Positions 1-15,051 of a DNA stretch of 64,000 nucleotides are shown in pieces (positions within the stretch are counted from its first letter, which is position 1; the number at the start of each line of letters is the position of its first letter). Origin of the DNA: Eledone cirrhosa (taxonomy: Eukaryota); assembly GCA_964016885.1 (NCBI GenBank), contig OZ024742.1, positions 314,464,001-314,528,000 of the forward strand. Direction: 5' to 3'. The notes beneath the pieces were generated by a model. That model had not been told where the DNA came from and searched no databases. It was given only the letters and a program-made list of their open reading frames with translations. Position numbers and translations under genes: made by a program.

Positions 1-391
1 CATACATACATACATATGTGTGTGTCCGTGCATGTATATATGTGTCGGAGTGTATGAGTGTAGAAGAGCATGTATGTGAGGTGTGAGAGTATCATGTTAT
101 GATGCAAGTTTTATTGAATTTCCGTGCAGATAATATTTATGAATATTCATTACAGTAAATCTTAATCGTGCAACTATCAATATAGGTACGTATTTCTCTT
201 TCAGATTCTAAAACCATTTTTCTTTAAAACGATTTGAGCTTGACCTTAAGTTTGATCCAACTAAAGAGTACATTTGACATTGCATGCACTATGAGAAACT
301 TTAGGCAGCGCTCTTTCTACAATCGTCAATAAATGTTTCGGTGTATCCAACAGGAAAATTTTTCCAGGTCAAACATTGATGTATATTTTCC

Positions 392-452
<61 letters not shown>

Positions 453-492
453 TTTTGCGAGGTTTTTTATATGAAATCGTGTGTCGAAACAG

Positions 493-832
493 ATATTGTT
501 ATATTTGGGGAGGGTCATATTTGCGTAATATTGCCAGAATTAATAACAGAACACACTCACTGTTTGGTTGGTTTTCGCTTCTCGCTGTCTTTTATATATA
601 TATATCTGCGATCTAACTTACTCGGTCCTCAATGTTGCCATTTGTCTATATTGTATCTGTATTATTTTTGACCGCCGGTCAGTCAATGGCAACATTGAGG
701 ACCGAGTAAGTTAGATCGCAGATATATATATATAAAAGACAGCGAGAAGCGAAAACCAACCAAACAGTGAGTGTGTTCTGTTATTAATTCTGGCAATATT
801 ACGCAAATATGACCCTCCCCAAATATAACAAT

Positions 833-834
<2 letters not shown>
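493..834. repeat. Palindrome with 150-bp arms and a 42-bp spacer, in (TA)n; probable PLE terminal-repeat remnant
   Basis: 493-642 is the reverse complement of 685-834; the terminus ATATTGTTATAttTGGG is shared with the 26680 palindrome. Confidence 0.85.
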
Positions 835-864
<30 letters not shown>

Positions 865-1735
865 CTTCTCTTCTGTTTACTCATTTTTATGCATCTCATC
901 TGCTTGTTTACAATGTTATTTGCTGTTTATTCATGGAGGTGAAGACTATGCCTACGTCATTTTCAAGGCCCCTAAGACACTGGAATGAGAGAAGGAGGAA
1001 AGCAACACAAATTCGAGACCTGGTCCACATACTTACAATTGAACTCTACTAAATAATCCAGGGGCCAAAGGTTTGTGTTATATATACCAGCCAACCTATC
1101 AGTTGTTTTGTCTATACACATCGATCAAAATTGTTCCGTTTTACATCCCTGAAGTGTACTCTCTTGTTACTTTCCTATTCTGGTACGTTTCATTTGATAG
1201 TACCTGCTGTCATTCCCTTCATTTCTCCCACACTTTCTCTCACTTTGAATCAATCCTTCACACTCTCACTTTGACTCTGACTCATTTTTCTAAACAGTGA
1301 TTAAATATTAATCTCTATATACACCATTAACTGAACGTAATTCATTCGTTTACAAAATGAAATTAATAAATCTGTCCATTTATAAATAAACAAATACACA
1401 ATCAGTTACAAAATTCAATATCAATTAGCTTCGTTACTAATTGATGTGACATGTCATGGCGTCGAAACAATAAACAATATTTATTTGTTTATTTATTTGC
1501 AGAGTTCTAAAGCATTTACTTAGTAACCGAAATGCGATCGCTTGATAAATAAAGATATTCCCGTGGTCATTTAATTATCTTATTAGAGATGTCTAGTGTA
1601 AGCCCTCTCATTATAGAATATTAATGTCAAGATCAATAACATATTTGAAATATAGTAAATCTTCTAAGCATTTATAGGCAATGCATGTTATATGACTCAT
1701 TTTCCGCATTGAAATATGTCATCTGTCTATTATCT

Positions 1736-1887
1736 AAGACTGTATCCAGCTGATGATCCGTTTGAGGTGAAACCAATTGTTCTCGGAAATGGTGTATTAA
1801 CTGTTGTGGAACTACTTCTACCAAAACTCGTCCCATGGACTGAGTGCTCTACTACTGCTGGTATAACCCACCAGGGTTCTACCACTA
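1736..1887 (+). mobile_element. Solo PLE 3' terminal (pLTR) fragment with a degenerate HHR (1746-1786)
   Basis: CAGCTGATGATCCG..GGTGAAACCAATTGTTCTCGG..TGTGGAACTACTTCTACCAAA matches the 3' ends of the PLEs at 49790-49900 and 59045-59114. Confidence 0.7.
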
Positions 1888-4089
1888 TATATATATATAT
1901 ATACTCAAGGAAAAAATATTCCGAGCCTTATAATATAATATATAAAGAAAGACAAACACAGATATATACATATATGCGTTCAAATCACAAGGGAAGGTAA
2001 ACCGCCAGAGTGAAGAAAATACTATGTAGGAATAATACGGTCTGCTAGACTCAATTAAAAGGATAAAGTAAGAATTACAAACCGAAATTATGATAACTAT
2101 CACATCCAAACACATAACTCAATATATACTTTTGATAAACTCAGATCCTAAAATTTTTGTCGCGCTTTACAAGTCGAATGAATCTGGCTGCTATTTCTAG
2201 TAGCCTACGTTTTACTTGAACCGCCTGTGTGTTATTTTCTCTCTTAAAACACGCGCATAATTTAGTCACCTAAGATATTTAGGAGTGAAGGGATTACTTA
2301 TCTGTACATCCACTGAAGAGCAATTGGATTCGTAACTATTTCCACTTATTATAAACATCCCTTGTTCAGAACGCCAAAAAAAAAAAAAATACACCTCCTG
2401 TTTTTAGGTTACATTCCTAAAGATATTCATCAACGCAAATTTAGGTGAGAAAAATAAACTTTCAAATATCTAGGTTATTGAAAAGGAAGTCTGAAATAGT
2501 GTGAACCTGACCTATAAATGCGACTATACTTAATAAAAAAAATCAATATAAATTCCAAACTAAGTCATGACATTTACATTATCACCCGTTTCTAGATGTA
2601 GCCTCAATAAGGAACATACGTATTTTTATATGTCATTTAAGATACATAACAATAATATTAAAGGTAGGGCCACGTGTCTATATCTTCATGTAGGTCTACA
2701 CATGAATTCTTAACATTTAATTTCGTAGATATCTTATAGTAAACCATATATTACACAGTATATTCTAATAATGTAGGTAGAATTCATAGTGAGTATACTT
2801 ACATTTGGAGAAACTTTTAATTGAATACGTTATTCTATTATTTGCTAGTGATTGTAATATTACTTGTGTTCTTTAGAAATATTTTCCTCTGTAATATGAA
2901 AAACATTTCTCAGTTGAAAATATATTTAAGATTTTTTTAATATATATAAAAGATATATCTTTGCCTTACAATGATCGTTTTTAATTTTGGTCTAATTGCA
3001 TGATATTTAAAATAACTTGCCCTTTATTTCACTCAACAAATCAACTGCTTTTCAGATGTGTCTTCAAGAAAAAAAAAATGTTAATATCTATACTTTATTG
3101 ACCATGGCTTGTTGATTTTCTTTGGGACTTTCATTCTCTAGATCTTATATTGATGTTCTGAGAATATTGTATTAATATATTCCTTAAAGGCATACCTGTC
3201 AACCAATCAACTCCTCCCTTTGGAATGGGAGATTTCTCATCCACTTTGGTGTGGGTGAGAGATTTCTTCTCTTGAGAAAATGGATATGGTTTCATTATAT
3301 ACAATCTCTTCATTCTGCCTCATTTCTCCTCGTTTTGGGGCACCTTTTGTCATGGTACTTCCCATTTGGATTTTTAGAGGTTGGTAGGTCTGTTAAAGGT
3401 GAAGTTTTATGGTTATGAGGCATAATTCTAGGAAGTGGAGTGGGTGTATTTAAAACAACAGTGTATTTAGAACGAAAATATGTAAGTTATATTTAAACAT
3501 GGATCATCCAGCTGGTATGTCTTGCTGACACACGTACGGCCTCTCTACACCACCTTGTTCTGAACATAGATATATCCATAGATGTTTAGACTGAGGCCTT
3601 CAGTGAAGGAGTAGAGAGGTGTGACGCCACCTTCACTGCTGACGATATCGATGACCACGATAGTTTTCTATTATATTTTCAATCTCCGTTTTGTGGTATT
3701 TCAATACAATGTCGAAGTTGGACTTTTTCTCTCGTAATCTAGGTTTGCCGAGATTCTTTATTTCCGCTTCTTCCTGTAATTTACAGTGTTTGCACATTCA
3801 TTGATTGTATCGTCTATATCATTCGATAATTCAAGATGCTATAGATGTACGCGAACGTTTGACTTTATATATACACACGTCCACGCACACACAACTGCAC
3901 ACACACACACACACATATACACACACAAACACACACACACAGACATATATATATATACGCACACGCACACATATACACACACAAACACACACACACAGAC
4001 ATATATATATATACGCACACGCACACACACAACTGCACACACACACACATACACACACACATATATATATATATATACACACACACACA

Positions 4090-4160
<71 letters not shown>

Positions 4161-4280
4161 CCCTGTAATAAACAGGCGAAACTCCAGAGTAACAGGTCTC
4201 ACTATTTAACTTTAATAAAATGAATATTAAAGCTCTAATTCGGTATTGAGTCCTGTTTTCTATCAGTCATCAACCACACA

Positions 4281-4319
<39 letters not shown>

Positions 4320-4819
4320 GTGTGTGTGTATGTGCGTGTGTGTGTGCGTGCGTGTGTGTCTCTCTGTGTATGTATAGCGGTCGAATTCCTCGGGCATTTT
4401 CCACTTGTATTGAATGCAGTAGCATTTAATTTCGAGCATATGTAATCGGCTGATATTGTTACAACCATATCTTTATGATTGTGAATGGGGTTGCAAAATA
4501 AGTGGGATTGCCCGACGAATGTCCATTCCTCGGACAGGAGAACGCAATAGATTAATTGAAGAAATGACTTCTCTTTAATACATATTGTAATGATCCTTGA
4601 GAGGACCCTGATGAGGCGAGTATTGGTGACCTTTAAATAAGCATGTCCGCGGCGGAGGGAAGTATTTACATTTGATAATCAATAGTATGAACTGAGATTT
4701 CACAAATAATATATGTGTGAGCAAGGAATAGGACATATTACTAATATAAAATTTGCCGCAAACATTTTTCTATCTAAGAAACAAGATATCTCCAACCACG
4801 CCAGGAGAGAAAAAACATA

Positions 4820-5049
4820 CTCAGGGTGGCCCAAAAGTCACACAGAGGTTTTACGTTTTATTAAATTCCTGAATTAGGTTTTATTAAATTCCAAATTGAT
4901 GTATGAAATTATGATACAACTGAAAGGATATAATGGAAATCATGTTGCATTCGTTAATCATTATCACACCTCTATATGAGTAAATATCATAAAAAATCAA
5001 AGAATTATAAACAGTTGCGACGCCTGTGGGACTTTTCGGTCACCCTGAA
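4820..5049. mobile_element. Tc1/mariner-type MITE
   Basis: TIRs CAGGGTGGCCCAAAAGTC / GACTTTTCGGTCACCCTG, flanked by TA. Confidence 0.7.
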
Positions 5050-5491
5050 TATATATATAGTATGTACATATTTCTGTGTGCGTTTGTGTAGTTGGATGTG
5101 CGCTGAGTTATATAACATTTTGAGTTATAGAATGGTATTGTCTATACAATCAATGAATGTGCAAATACTGTAAATTTCAGGAAGAAGGGGAAATATAGAA
5201 TCTCGTGAAACTATCATAAATTCGAGCGAAAAACATCCAAATTCGACATTGTATTAAAAAACCACAAAACGGAGATTGGAAATATAATTGAAATGTAATA
5301 GATAAAGATATGGTGTCTTAATGATGTACATACCAACATATAAACACGCACCTACAAGTACATAAACACATGTATGCAGATACACATAGCTACACATACT
5401 TGGATTATATATCTATGCGTTTACATTGTTAAATATGTTAGAGACAATATATATATATATATACACACACACATATATATATATGTGTGTG

Positions 5492-5524
<33 letters not shown>

Positions 5525-5562
5525 GTATATGTGTGTGTGTATATATACATATATATATATAT

Positions 5563-5593
<31 letters not shown>

Positions 5594-6532
5594 ATTTTGT
5601 GATGATTTACACATGTGATTATGTACAATTCTAATGGAAGAAAAGAAGAAAAGTAGGTTTATGCTGGATACACTGACATTTAGAAATCAGATCCTACTAT
5701 AAATGTATCGATTTATTTTGATATATACCTAATGAAAATTGATGAACTGCATTATGTGTAAACATATTTATGCTTATATGAAGCTTTTTATTATATTCTG
5801 TTTTCTGGACTAATGCTTTATTATTTCTTGAATATATGTTTGTTGAGAGTGATCCTGTCCTACATAGAATAATCATGCAAAATACTAACTCCAATGAAAT
5901 GTTTCAATTTTTATGCTTAGCTTGGGAATTCATTTTTACATTTATATGCATTGTATACTTTTAATATCGGTTTGGTAGTGTGGTAGATTATTGCTACTTG
6001 TATAGAATCATTTTTGTAAATTTTTTCCATACGAGCATTAAATGTAATTTTTCATGTAGTGAAATGCTTGAATAACTAGATATATTTCTAATGGTAGAGC
6101 GAAAAAGAAATATTAAATGTTTTTAGGATATAGATATAACTATATATTTTTGATAATGAGACTATACGAATATATCAATTCATGAACTACTTACAAATAA
6201 ATATATATATGGGTGTGTGTATGCATGCGTTTGTGTGGATGTATATGTGCGTGTGGTTTCTCTGTGTGTGTGTAATACCATACAGTGAAATAATGAAAAA
6301 ATAACAAAGAGAAGTATATAATTACTCCAATGTTTTAAGGTCGTTTTGGAGAGCAAATGTATCGATGTGAAGACTAGTCGATGGGAGTCGATAGAAGATA
6401 TGCAAGTCCATTTCGTCAGCCTCAGAGAAAGCATAACCACTCTTCTACTCATTCTTGGAAACACAGACACACAGGCACCCACACAGACGCGTGCACACAG
6501 ACGCGTGCACACACACACACACTACACACACA

Positions 6533-6620
<88 letters not shown>

Positions 6621-6787
6621 GTCACTGCGGCCAGTCTATCGGTCGCTGTATTCGATTTGCAAAGCTGTCTAAACGTAATGTTATAACTCTAGGGTAATAT
6701 TCCCTATTGAGTGCTTATCTGCACACCGAAACCTGCATTCGTTAGCTTGGCTGCAACCAAAAGCTTCGTTGATGCTGTGCTAAAATT

Positions 6788-6820
<33 letters not shown>

Positions 6821-6823
<3 letters not shown>

Positions 6824-7215
6824 AAAATGTTTAACCCCGACGGGAGAGCTCAAGCCGTTTCGATTATCCGTCGAAACGGCTTGAGCTCTGCCGTCGGGGT
6901 TAAACTTGTTCCTATTACCCACTCTACTACTCTAGGTATTGAGTACTCTGGTACGTTATGGTCCATCTGCTTCCTTACCACACCTCCTTCGTTATATATA
7001 TATATATACATATATAACAAAGAGTCGGGACCCCGATGGCTGAGCTGTTGCCGTTTCAACAGCTTGTTCTAGACTAGAACTAGCTGTTGAAACGGCAAGA
7101 GCTCGGCAGTCGGCGTCCCGACTCTTCATACTCTATATACAACCATACTCTTCTACCCTAATTATCGAGTACTCTGGTGAGTAATGGTCTAACCTGTTTC
7201 AAACGGAATCCATCC
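6821..7215 (+). mobile_element. Two copies of a short hairpin-headed element family (6821-6993, 7016-7215)
   Basis: ~45-55 bp fold-back followed by a shared tail (CGAGTACTCTGG..TATGGTC); related copies at 8361-8537 and 18114-18285 on the minus strand. Confidence 0.7.
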
Positions 7216-7857
7216 TGATTTGAAAAATTAGGTATAGAGCTGTACAACATTCTTTGCCATCTGTGTTTAGTTACGTAAGAATACATGTTTAATTACCACC
7301 AAGATTAATTTTTACTGCTATCCTTAAAATTTTTCTCTAATAAATTCCGACTACTCCGAAATGTGTGATCGTGTGTTAATAGGAGATATCGTTATGTTAC
7401 AATCTTTTGAGATTACTATTATAATGAATCTATGCATGGAAAGTGAAAATGTTACATAAATTAGGATGTTTCGTGTGAAAGAATAATAATGTAAATTATG
7501 ATACTTGAAACTAAATAAATAACGATTGATACAAAAACACCAATTAATTCAAATGCATCAGCACCAGTATATGAATATTAAATATTTTATCATATCCGGG
7601 CAAATGAAAGGCAAAATCATAAACAAGAATTTAAACTGGAGACGTGAAGAAGAGAGATGGTATTACAGATAGGGTAAAATATTAACATTGTTCTTCCACA
7701 ACAACACTTCCATTGCGTTTTGAATTACAATGAGTAATACGATAAATGCAAAATCAAATTTCGACATACAATTGTACCGGCTTTCACAATATAATGGATG
7801 GAATATTATTACAGCAATATTAAATCGGATTTTCAAAAACCTAACCATATCTATACT

Positions 7858-8074
7858 AACTGCTCGTATAGCAGAATCGGTAGAGCGTCAGACACCATGA
7901 TTTGTAGCTCAGAGTTTCGGCCCATTACATTCTGAGTTCAAATCCAGCTGATGTTAGCTTTGCCTTTCGTCCTTACTGGGTTGATAAAATAAAGCACCAG
8001 TAATGCACTGGGATCGATTTAATCGACTTTCCCCTCCCTAAAATATTGCTGACCTTATAGTAGAAATCATTATT
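7858..8074 (+). mobile_element. tRNA-derived SINE (octopus-type, Nin/Deu-like core)
   Basis: A-box-like TAGCAGAATCGGTAGAGCG, B-box GAGTTCAAATCC, core TTTGCCTTTC.TCCTTAC.GGG..GATAAAATAAAG.ACCAG. Confidence 0.8.
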
Positions 8075-8360
8075 TATATAAAAAAAAGAAAGGTACCTTA
8101 TATCTCAAGAAAATAAAATGAAATTGAAACAGACTTATACGAATAGATATTTGAATTCGTATTGATCTTATATATTTCAAGAAATATGTGCAATCTATAC
8201 GTAAAAAATATGATATAATATTTCCAAGAAGAGTCCACGATTTATATAGTGTTTAACTATATCTACCCACTGTCTCAGAATCTCTCTCCTCTCTCCCTTT
8301 CCCGTTCTCTATCTCTCTCTCTTTCTCTCTCACTCCATACACACACACACACATATATAT

Positions 8361-8537
8361 AACAAAGAAGGTGTGGTAAGATACCAGGTAGACCATAACG
8401 CCCCAGAGTACTCGATACTTGAGGTAGTAGAGTGGGTAATATAATAGGAAAAGAGTCAGGAGCTCGATAGCTGAGTTCTGGATCGAGCTGCCGAAACGGC
8501 CGGACCTCAGCCCTTGGGGTCCTGACTCTTTTCCTAT
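8361..8537 (-). mobile_element. Hairpin-headed short element (same family as 6821)
   Basis: Shared tail CTTACCACACCTTCTTTGTT and AGGAAAAGAGTCAGG..CCTGACTCTTTTCCT fold-back. Confidence 0.7.
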
Positions 8538-8916
8538 ATATATATATATATATATATTTAGAAACACACAGATACATGCGGGGACACACATATATACATG
8601 AATGCATCCGCACCCAACTGTGAGTTAAGGGTGCCAACTTCACCGATATTGCTCAATGAATGACTGGGACAGACCAATTCAGTTGAACTAGACTGAACCA
8701 GTATCAGAGTTAAAAATACATTATGAAGAGAGAAGAAACATTTAGATATAATTAGTAATAAAAAGTATCATACCTAAACTGCTCCTAAATTCCTTGACTA
8801 CGTGGTTTCGTGGCATAAACAAAAACAATATATCAAAGATATAGAGTCCTTGCGAGGTCTGCCGACTTATCAAGAGGATACCTCATTTACTAGTCTCAAG
8901 AACGCGTCTACATATA

Positions 8917-9005
<89 letters not shown>

Positions 9006-9006
<1 letters not shown>

Positions 9007-9262
9007 CAAAAACAAGATGGCGTAGGACAGAACAAAGGAGAGGTACAAAAACAAAGAAAAGAATGCCAGTCACTGAAGTGGTCACAGAATGTGTGTCAAA
9101 AGAACTTTGACAATATATGAACAATCGTCTGGTTGTGGAACCAACCAACCAACCGGAAATTTATAAATTCTTAAATTTATAAATTTAATTTATAATAAAT
9201 TGAAGTGAAAGACTGGTGCGTGTGTTTCTTATTGGCAACATGACCCTCCCAAAGCATAACAA
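9006..9262 (+). mobile_element. Single-arm copy of the 26680-27224 family with an eroded HHR-like core
   Basis: High similarity to 26950-27224. Confidence 0.75.
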
Positions 9263-9303
9263 TATATATATATATATATATATATACATAATATATTCTA
9301 TTC

Positions 9304-9646
9304 TAGGGCGGGTAAAATTCCCGAGATCCATGGACGAGTTCTCTCCAGCGGTATCTGTCCCTCATTATCGCTGCCATGTCCTGCGTTTCCAACAGACCAG
9401 TGTCTGTCCCTAGGGCATCAACATGCGTTAACTTTGGTCTTCCTCTTCCAGTGTGTCCATATAGGGGCTCCAACAGGAGCACTGAGTGCAATGTCAACTC
9501 TGGATGTCGGTGAGCATGTCCAGCTAACCTCAGTCTCCTTTCTGTCACTTTTGTGCTGACTCTTGGGAGGCTCCCATACAGCCCTGAGTTTTTCATCCTC
9601 AGTGTATACTGATTAATGTTCAGAGTCATCCTCAGCATTCTCGTGT
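9304..9646 (-). mobile_element. RTE-clade LINE, 3' fragment
   Basis: YTRMLR..RRLRLAGHAHRHPE..GRGRPK..MRDRYRW, typical of the RTE ORF C-terminus. Confidence 0.85.
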
Positions 9647-9676
9647 ATATATACATACATATACATGTATATATAA

Positions 9677-9797
<121 letters not shown>

Positions 9798-11120
9798 CGT
9801 GTGTGTTTGTGTATCTGTGGGTGAATCAATTTATGACTTAGCATGCAATTGTCAGTACATGTGTACGGCTACCTATTCTTAGGACAACAAATACCAATTA
9901 CTTCGCTTTAATAGTTAATGAGATGTGAATTAATACGTCAAACCCATTGTAAAAAGATAATTTTACACAGAAACTGGTATGTTCACTTTCCCACATTCGG
10001 GCACACAATGTCATATGTAGATATACGCATAAATCACAATGTATTGCCTATATTTTGCGCTTGAAATAATTTCAATCTTTCGAGTCATCTACTAAATGAT
10101 TTTTCTCCATTACCACCAGTCACTGAGGAATAATATTTTATCTATTGTTTGACACTTATGTAGTTTTGATTTTCTAAGCATATCGATTGGTTTATCAAGC
10201 ATATAGGAAGATTAAAATGTGATTCCTCATGTCATTTGATTTTCTTTTATACCACTTTGTTCGGTTTAATAATGAAATAATTATATTTATATAATTATTT
10301 CTGAAACTCTTCCTAACTTTACCTGGCAAGTGCAATTAAGTAAGATACGAACTGCAATAATAAAAAAAAGCATTCATAGGATGTGTTTTCAATTTAGAGT
10401 CGACACTAATTCACTTTAATTTCATCATTAATTCCTTTGAAATGAGTGCCCATGGTACAGAATTCTTGTTCTCATAAATATAAAATATTAGAATGCTTAT
10501 TATGTTTAAAATGTACCTCTTAATGTTTAAAATGTTATCAGACGTTGTTCAAATAATAATTTCTAATATGCTTGTATGAAATTGATTTGCACTATATTCA
10601 TTCTATTGGTTACAGATTCATTTCGTCACAATGTAGACATAGTTATTCATACACGTGATTTGTCATTTGTGTTAGAGATAATATCCCCATATTCACAATT
10701 TCTATATATTTCCAATTATACTAGTAGAGATGGCATTAATATTTTCATCATAAAAAAGGAGATTATCTATTTATGAGGTTTCTCTTTTACTATGCATATA
10801 CGGATCAAGTTATTAATATGATTCGTATTCATGTTTTTCCTTTTCTTTCAGTTTTGTTTCCATTTCCTGCCGAGTATCTTCCCGACACCTAGGGCAGTGA
10901 AACACACTGCATACATTGGTAAGCCACAAAATAAACACACCAAAATTGTTCAAGTCACACATTTTACACAGTTAGAAATACATTATTTGCTTTACACATG
11001 CGCACATTATCTGCTTACAATCATGTTCACAACAAAATGATATTCAATTATATAAGTGGTCAATTATTTACAACTTACATAATGGTAAATATAACTGGTG
11101 AAAAGATAGAGAGAAATACA

Positions 11121-11179
<59 letters not shown>

Positions 11180-13704
11180 TATATGCATATATGTATGTAT
11201 GAATCACTACTGTCGCTGCACACCAGGCCCGAACATGGAAGAGCCGAACTCTCACTGTCATCGCCTCAATCTCTCTCGCCCCCCCCCCCCCCATCTCTCA
11301 AATGGAATGGCTCTTCCAGCGCATCTTCCTTACCATCCTCCGGGGAAACTCCTTCTCCATTCTGTCCGCCGAGGCCGCGGAGTAGCCAGCACGTGGGATC
11401 CTATTTTCTCATAATAGAGAGAGATAGGGAGGGGTTGAGCCGATTGATTCTATTGCTGTTGCTAACTGGGATTGATGTTTTGAGTGCCGGACATATTATA
11501 GCCTGTTCTAATGGTATTTGACCTTATATACCGGTGAATAAATACTGCAAGGTATTTAGATTTGTTGTTCTACAGTTTCCGCCATTTGAAAATTCTCGAT
11601 ACCGGTATTTTATTGACATTGGCATCATGACCTAAGTTTCAGCCAGCTGAATCGATTTCATTTCATACTTGGTAATATTATATATTGTCTATCGGAATCA
11701 AAGGCAATGTAGTCTTTGTCACGATTTGAATTTCACGTTTGGACAAGTGAAACTATATATTGTTAGATATTTATTTCAGTGCTCTACAATTACTGCGACA
11801 GTGGAACATTTACAATAGTGATAATGAAATATGTGATTCAGGTACTTCATTCAAGATAGCAAGAAATATCTCGGTGCCTTGGCTTAATGAATCAAAGTTC
11901 AATCCGTTAACTGAGAGATCCAGTGTTCAATCCCTCTTAGAAACCGATGGCGATATTCTTTTCCGTAATTTGTAGCATCTTTGCGCATGAACACACTCCT
12001 CTAATGATATTAATATTATTCATTTTAAAGAATGCATAGTATTGGCCAGGCATGCTCTTATAGTGTTTGTAAACCACAAACAGTTTTGTTAACCTTCAAA
12101 ATGTTTGCCCACCTTGGTCGGATTAATGTTTTGAGAAAGATAACACATGGTATTTTTAAGACCATGAATAATAAAGAACAAATATTTCACATAATTTAAA
12201 TATCAATGTATTCAAAACTAAATAAAATTCATGAGAAAGTGGAAGAAATTTGTGATATATCTTTCTCATATGTGAAATGAAATTACAAGAATAGAGACAA
12301 ATATTGCTTATTGATTTCTGGAGGAACTACTGATAAAATTTGAAGTTGAAGACGGCAGCGAAAGAAGACAATATAGACAAGAAAATACAAGAAAATTTGG
12401 AAATATGATTGAAGAAAGATAAAAGAAAGGAATGGCCATATAAAGCCATGCTGTTATTGTTGTTCACTATGATATATATTTTTGCACCAGCCTTAAGTCA
12501 AAACGCTTTCAATTTAACAACAACGACTGGTGATGATGATGATGCTCTTGGTGACGATGATGTTGATAATGGTGACGACAATGATGATGCCAATGGTAAT
12601 GATTAACCTCATGATTAAAATCATGGTGATATTGATAATGAAAATGGTGGTGGTGATTATGGAATGTGTTTATACTGAATTTCTATCATATTGATGTATT
12701 CAAATTTCCTAAGAAGTTTTAAGATTCATATTATTATGTTATAGATATTTTTCTTGAATGAGTTCGGATTGGGTGGGTATTGTGTTTCTAAGTATGCTAT
12801 TGTTATTACTTCTTTTTCCAGTAATTCTATTTTTATAGCGTTCTCATACACTTCCATCGAATAAAGCAATATTTTCTTAGGATAAGTACAATGTTTTGTT
12901 TTGGTTTCGTTTTATCTCTTTTATAGAAAGTACTTTTCATAACATGTTACTTTATCTACGCTGTCTATATATATAAGTACTGGGATTTTGCTTATGTATT
13001 TCTCTGTATCATATAAATCATTACCTGCGCCTCTGTCATTACAGGAAATGTTTCTGTTTTCACTCGGCATTTCTTATCTATATCCATTTCTTTATATTTG
13101 AATAATTTCTGAGTTTCCTTTAGCGAAACATTACGTCTGTTTATGCCGACAATTTGATTAGAAGATACAACTGTTTCTATACCACACTAGTGCAAGAGAG
13201 TTGATGATAAAGAAGATGGAATTGAAGAGGGTGATAATAATATTTGAGGAAGGTGAAACTGGTTAAGACGAGGATAATGAGAAAAAGACAATATACAATG
13301 AGCAAAGGAATTGAAAGAAGTCAGAAGAAGGAGGGCTGGAGTGGGAAGAAAATAGTAAAATTAAACAACATAAACAAAATCAAAAGAGAAAATATCTAAT
13401 ATGAAAAAGGAAGGATTACTTTCTAAGGTGTGTTCACTTAATCCTATTCCAAATCCTCTTCTATTTTCTTAACAGCAGACGATTGTTAAATACATTTGCC
13501 TCCCACACAAATGTACGTATAAAGAATTGCATCCATACAAACGTTGTACGCGAAATAAAAGTGTATATTAAGATATGAATATTCTTGAAAACAATATTAT
13601 CATAATGTTTAACTTAATAATAACAATAAAAATAGATCATCATCATCGTCATCACATTCATCATCATCATCATCATTATTTTATTATTACTATTATCATT
13701 ATTT

Positions 13705-13905
13705 CAGTAGAGCGTCCGACAACATGCTTCGCGGGATAGAGTTACGTCCCTTTACGCCTGACTTCAAATCAGGCCGAGGTTAGATTTGCCTTTCATCCTT
13801 ACGGGGCCGATAAATAAAGCAGCACTAGTAATGCACTGGGTCGATTTAATCGACTTTCCCCTCCTCCAAAATGGATGGCCTTGTGCGTAAGTCTGCAGCT
13901 ATTAT
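13705..13905 (+). mobile_element. tRNA-derived SINE
   Basis: Same core as 7858. Confidence 0.75.
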
Positions 13906-15051
13906 TTGAAAGTTCCTTTGAACTCTACCTTTTCCCTAAATCATGCCGAGTGTTCTTGGGGAGCTAATATTTTGCAGCCCGAAACCAGGTGTTAATAGTC
14001 TCAACATGCTCACAAGAGAATCGTCACTTTGGGTCAGTTCCATTTCTGAACATATTAACTTGAAGGTTACGTGTTGAAAGAGCAACTAAAATGCATCCCT
14101 AACTATCTTTCTTTAGGTATGTTTCTAAAACTATTCAATGGAAATATCAATATTGTTTACTCCCATCACAACTCTGACCGAGCAAACCTATTAGTCCCAC
14201 AGTGTATATTTAAGAATAAATTATCGAACGTGTCTTTCCTGGTTTAATATAATTGGGAGATAAATAAATTTATGGAGGATTCCTATGTAATTTTTCCCAC
14301 GTAGAACAAACCCAGTTGGCTTTGTTTAATGTATATTAAAAATATAGATGGACAACACTATCGCCTAAGACTAGTAACATCTATTGCAATATCCTACTAC
14401 TTCGTGTTTCTTTGAAAATAATATAAAAGCGAATATCGAAATATGGATGCAATTAAGTGATTGCTCTAGATTTTTGAAAGTAAAATGTGAAAATATGATA
14501 CTAACAACAAATGCAGTGTTGTATAACATGAAACTATCACCCAGCTACTTAAACATTATACATCGAATCAATAATGTAGCGAATAAAGCCGAGGAATGAT
14601 GTTAATGTGTCAGCAGCAAAAAGAACGAAACAGAATAGTAATAAGATAAATAATATTCACACTACTGAGAATGTTCTTCAGTTGCACTCTTTAAAAACAA
14701 AATATACCAAGAAAATGTCTGATATCGCTAGCTAAATACAACACATTTGATGCTATTGTATAAACTTTGTCACAAAACAAATTAACATTTATGTAATGAT
14801 ATATAACCTGACGTTATGCAATTAGATATATCTTTAGCTTTAGAAGGAACTTTATAAAACATAAAGCACTGGAGTGCCTTACATAAGACATAGAAACCTA
14901 GGTAATGGATAAGATATTCCCTTACTTATCTTCGTTTTAAGAAAATATAATGGGCTCCAAATTATACAAGACGGAACTTTTGTAGGAAGGGAAACATGTG
15001 GCATTTATGGAATGGAAGCATATGGCATTTATCGTTTCTTTAGATATTTGA

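Noticed and set aside
4608-4640. Isolated CTGANGA heptamers (also near 2313, 27422, 32255, 57445)
   Set aside because: No downstream stem II-GAAA-NUH arrangement
7858-7950. tRNA genes at A/B-box motifs
   Set aside because: These are SINE heads; no cloverleaf can be formed
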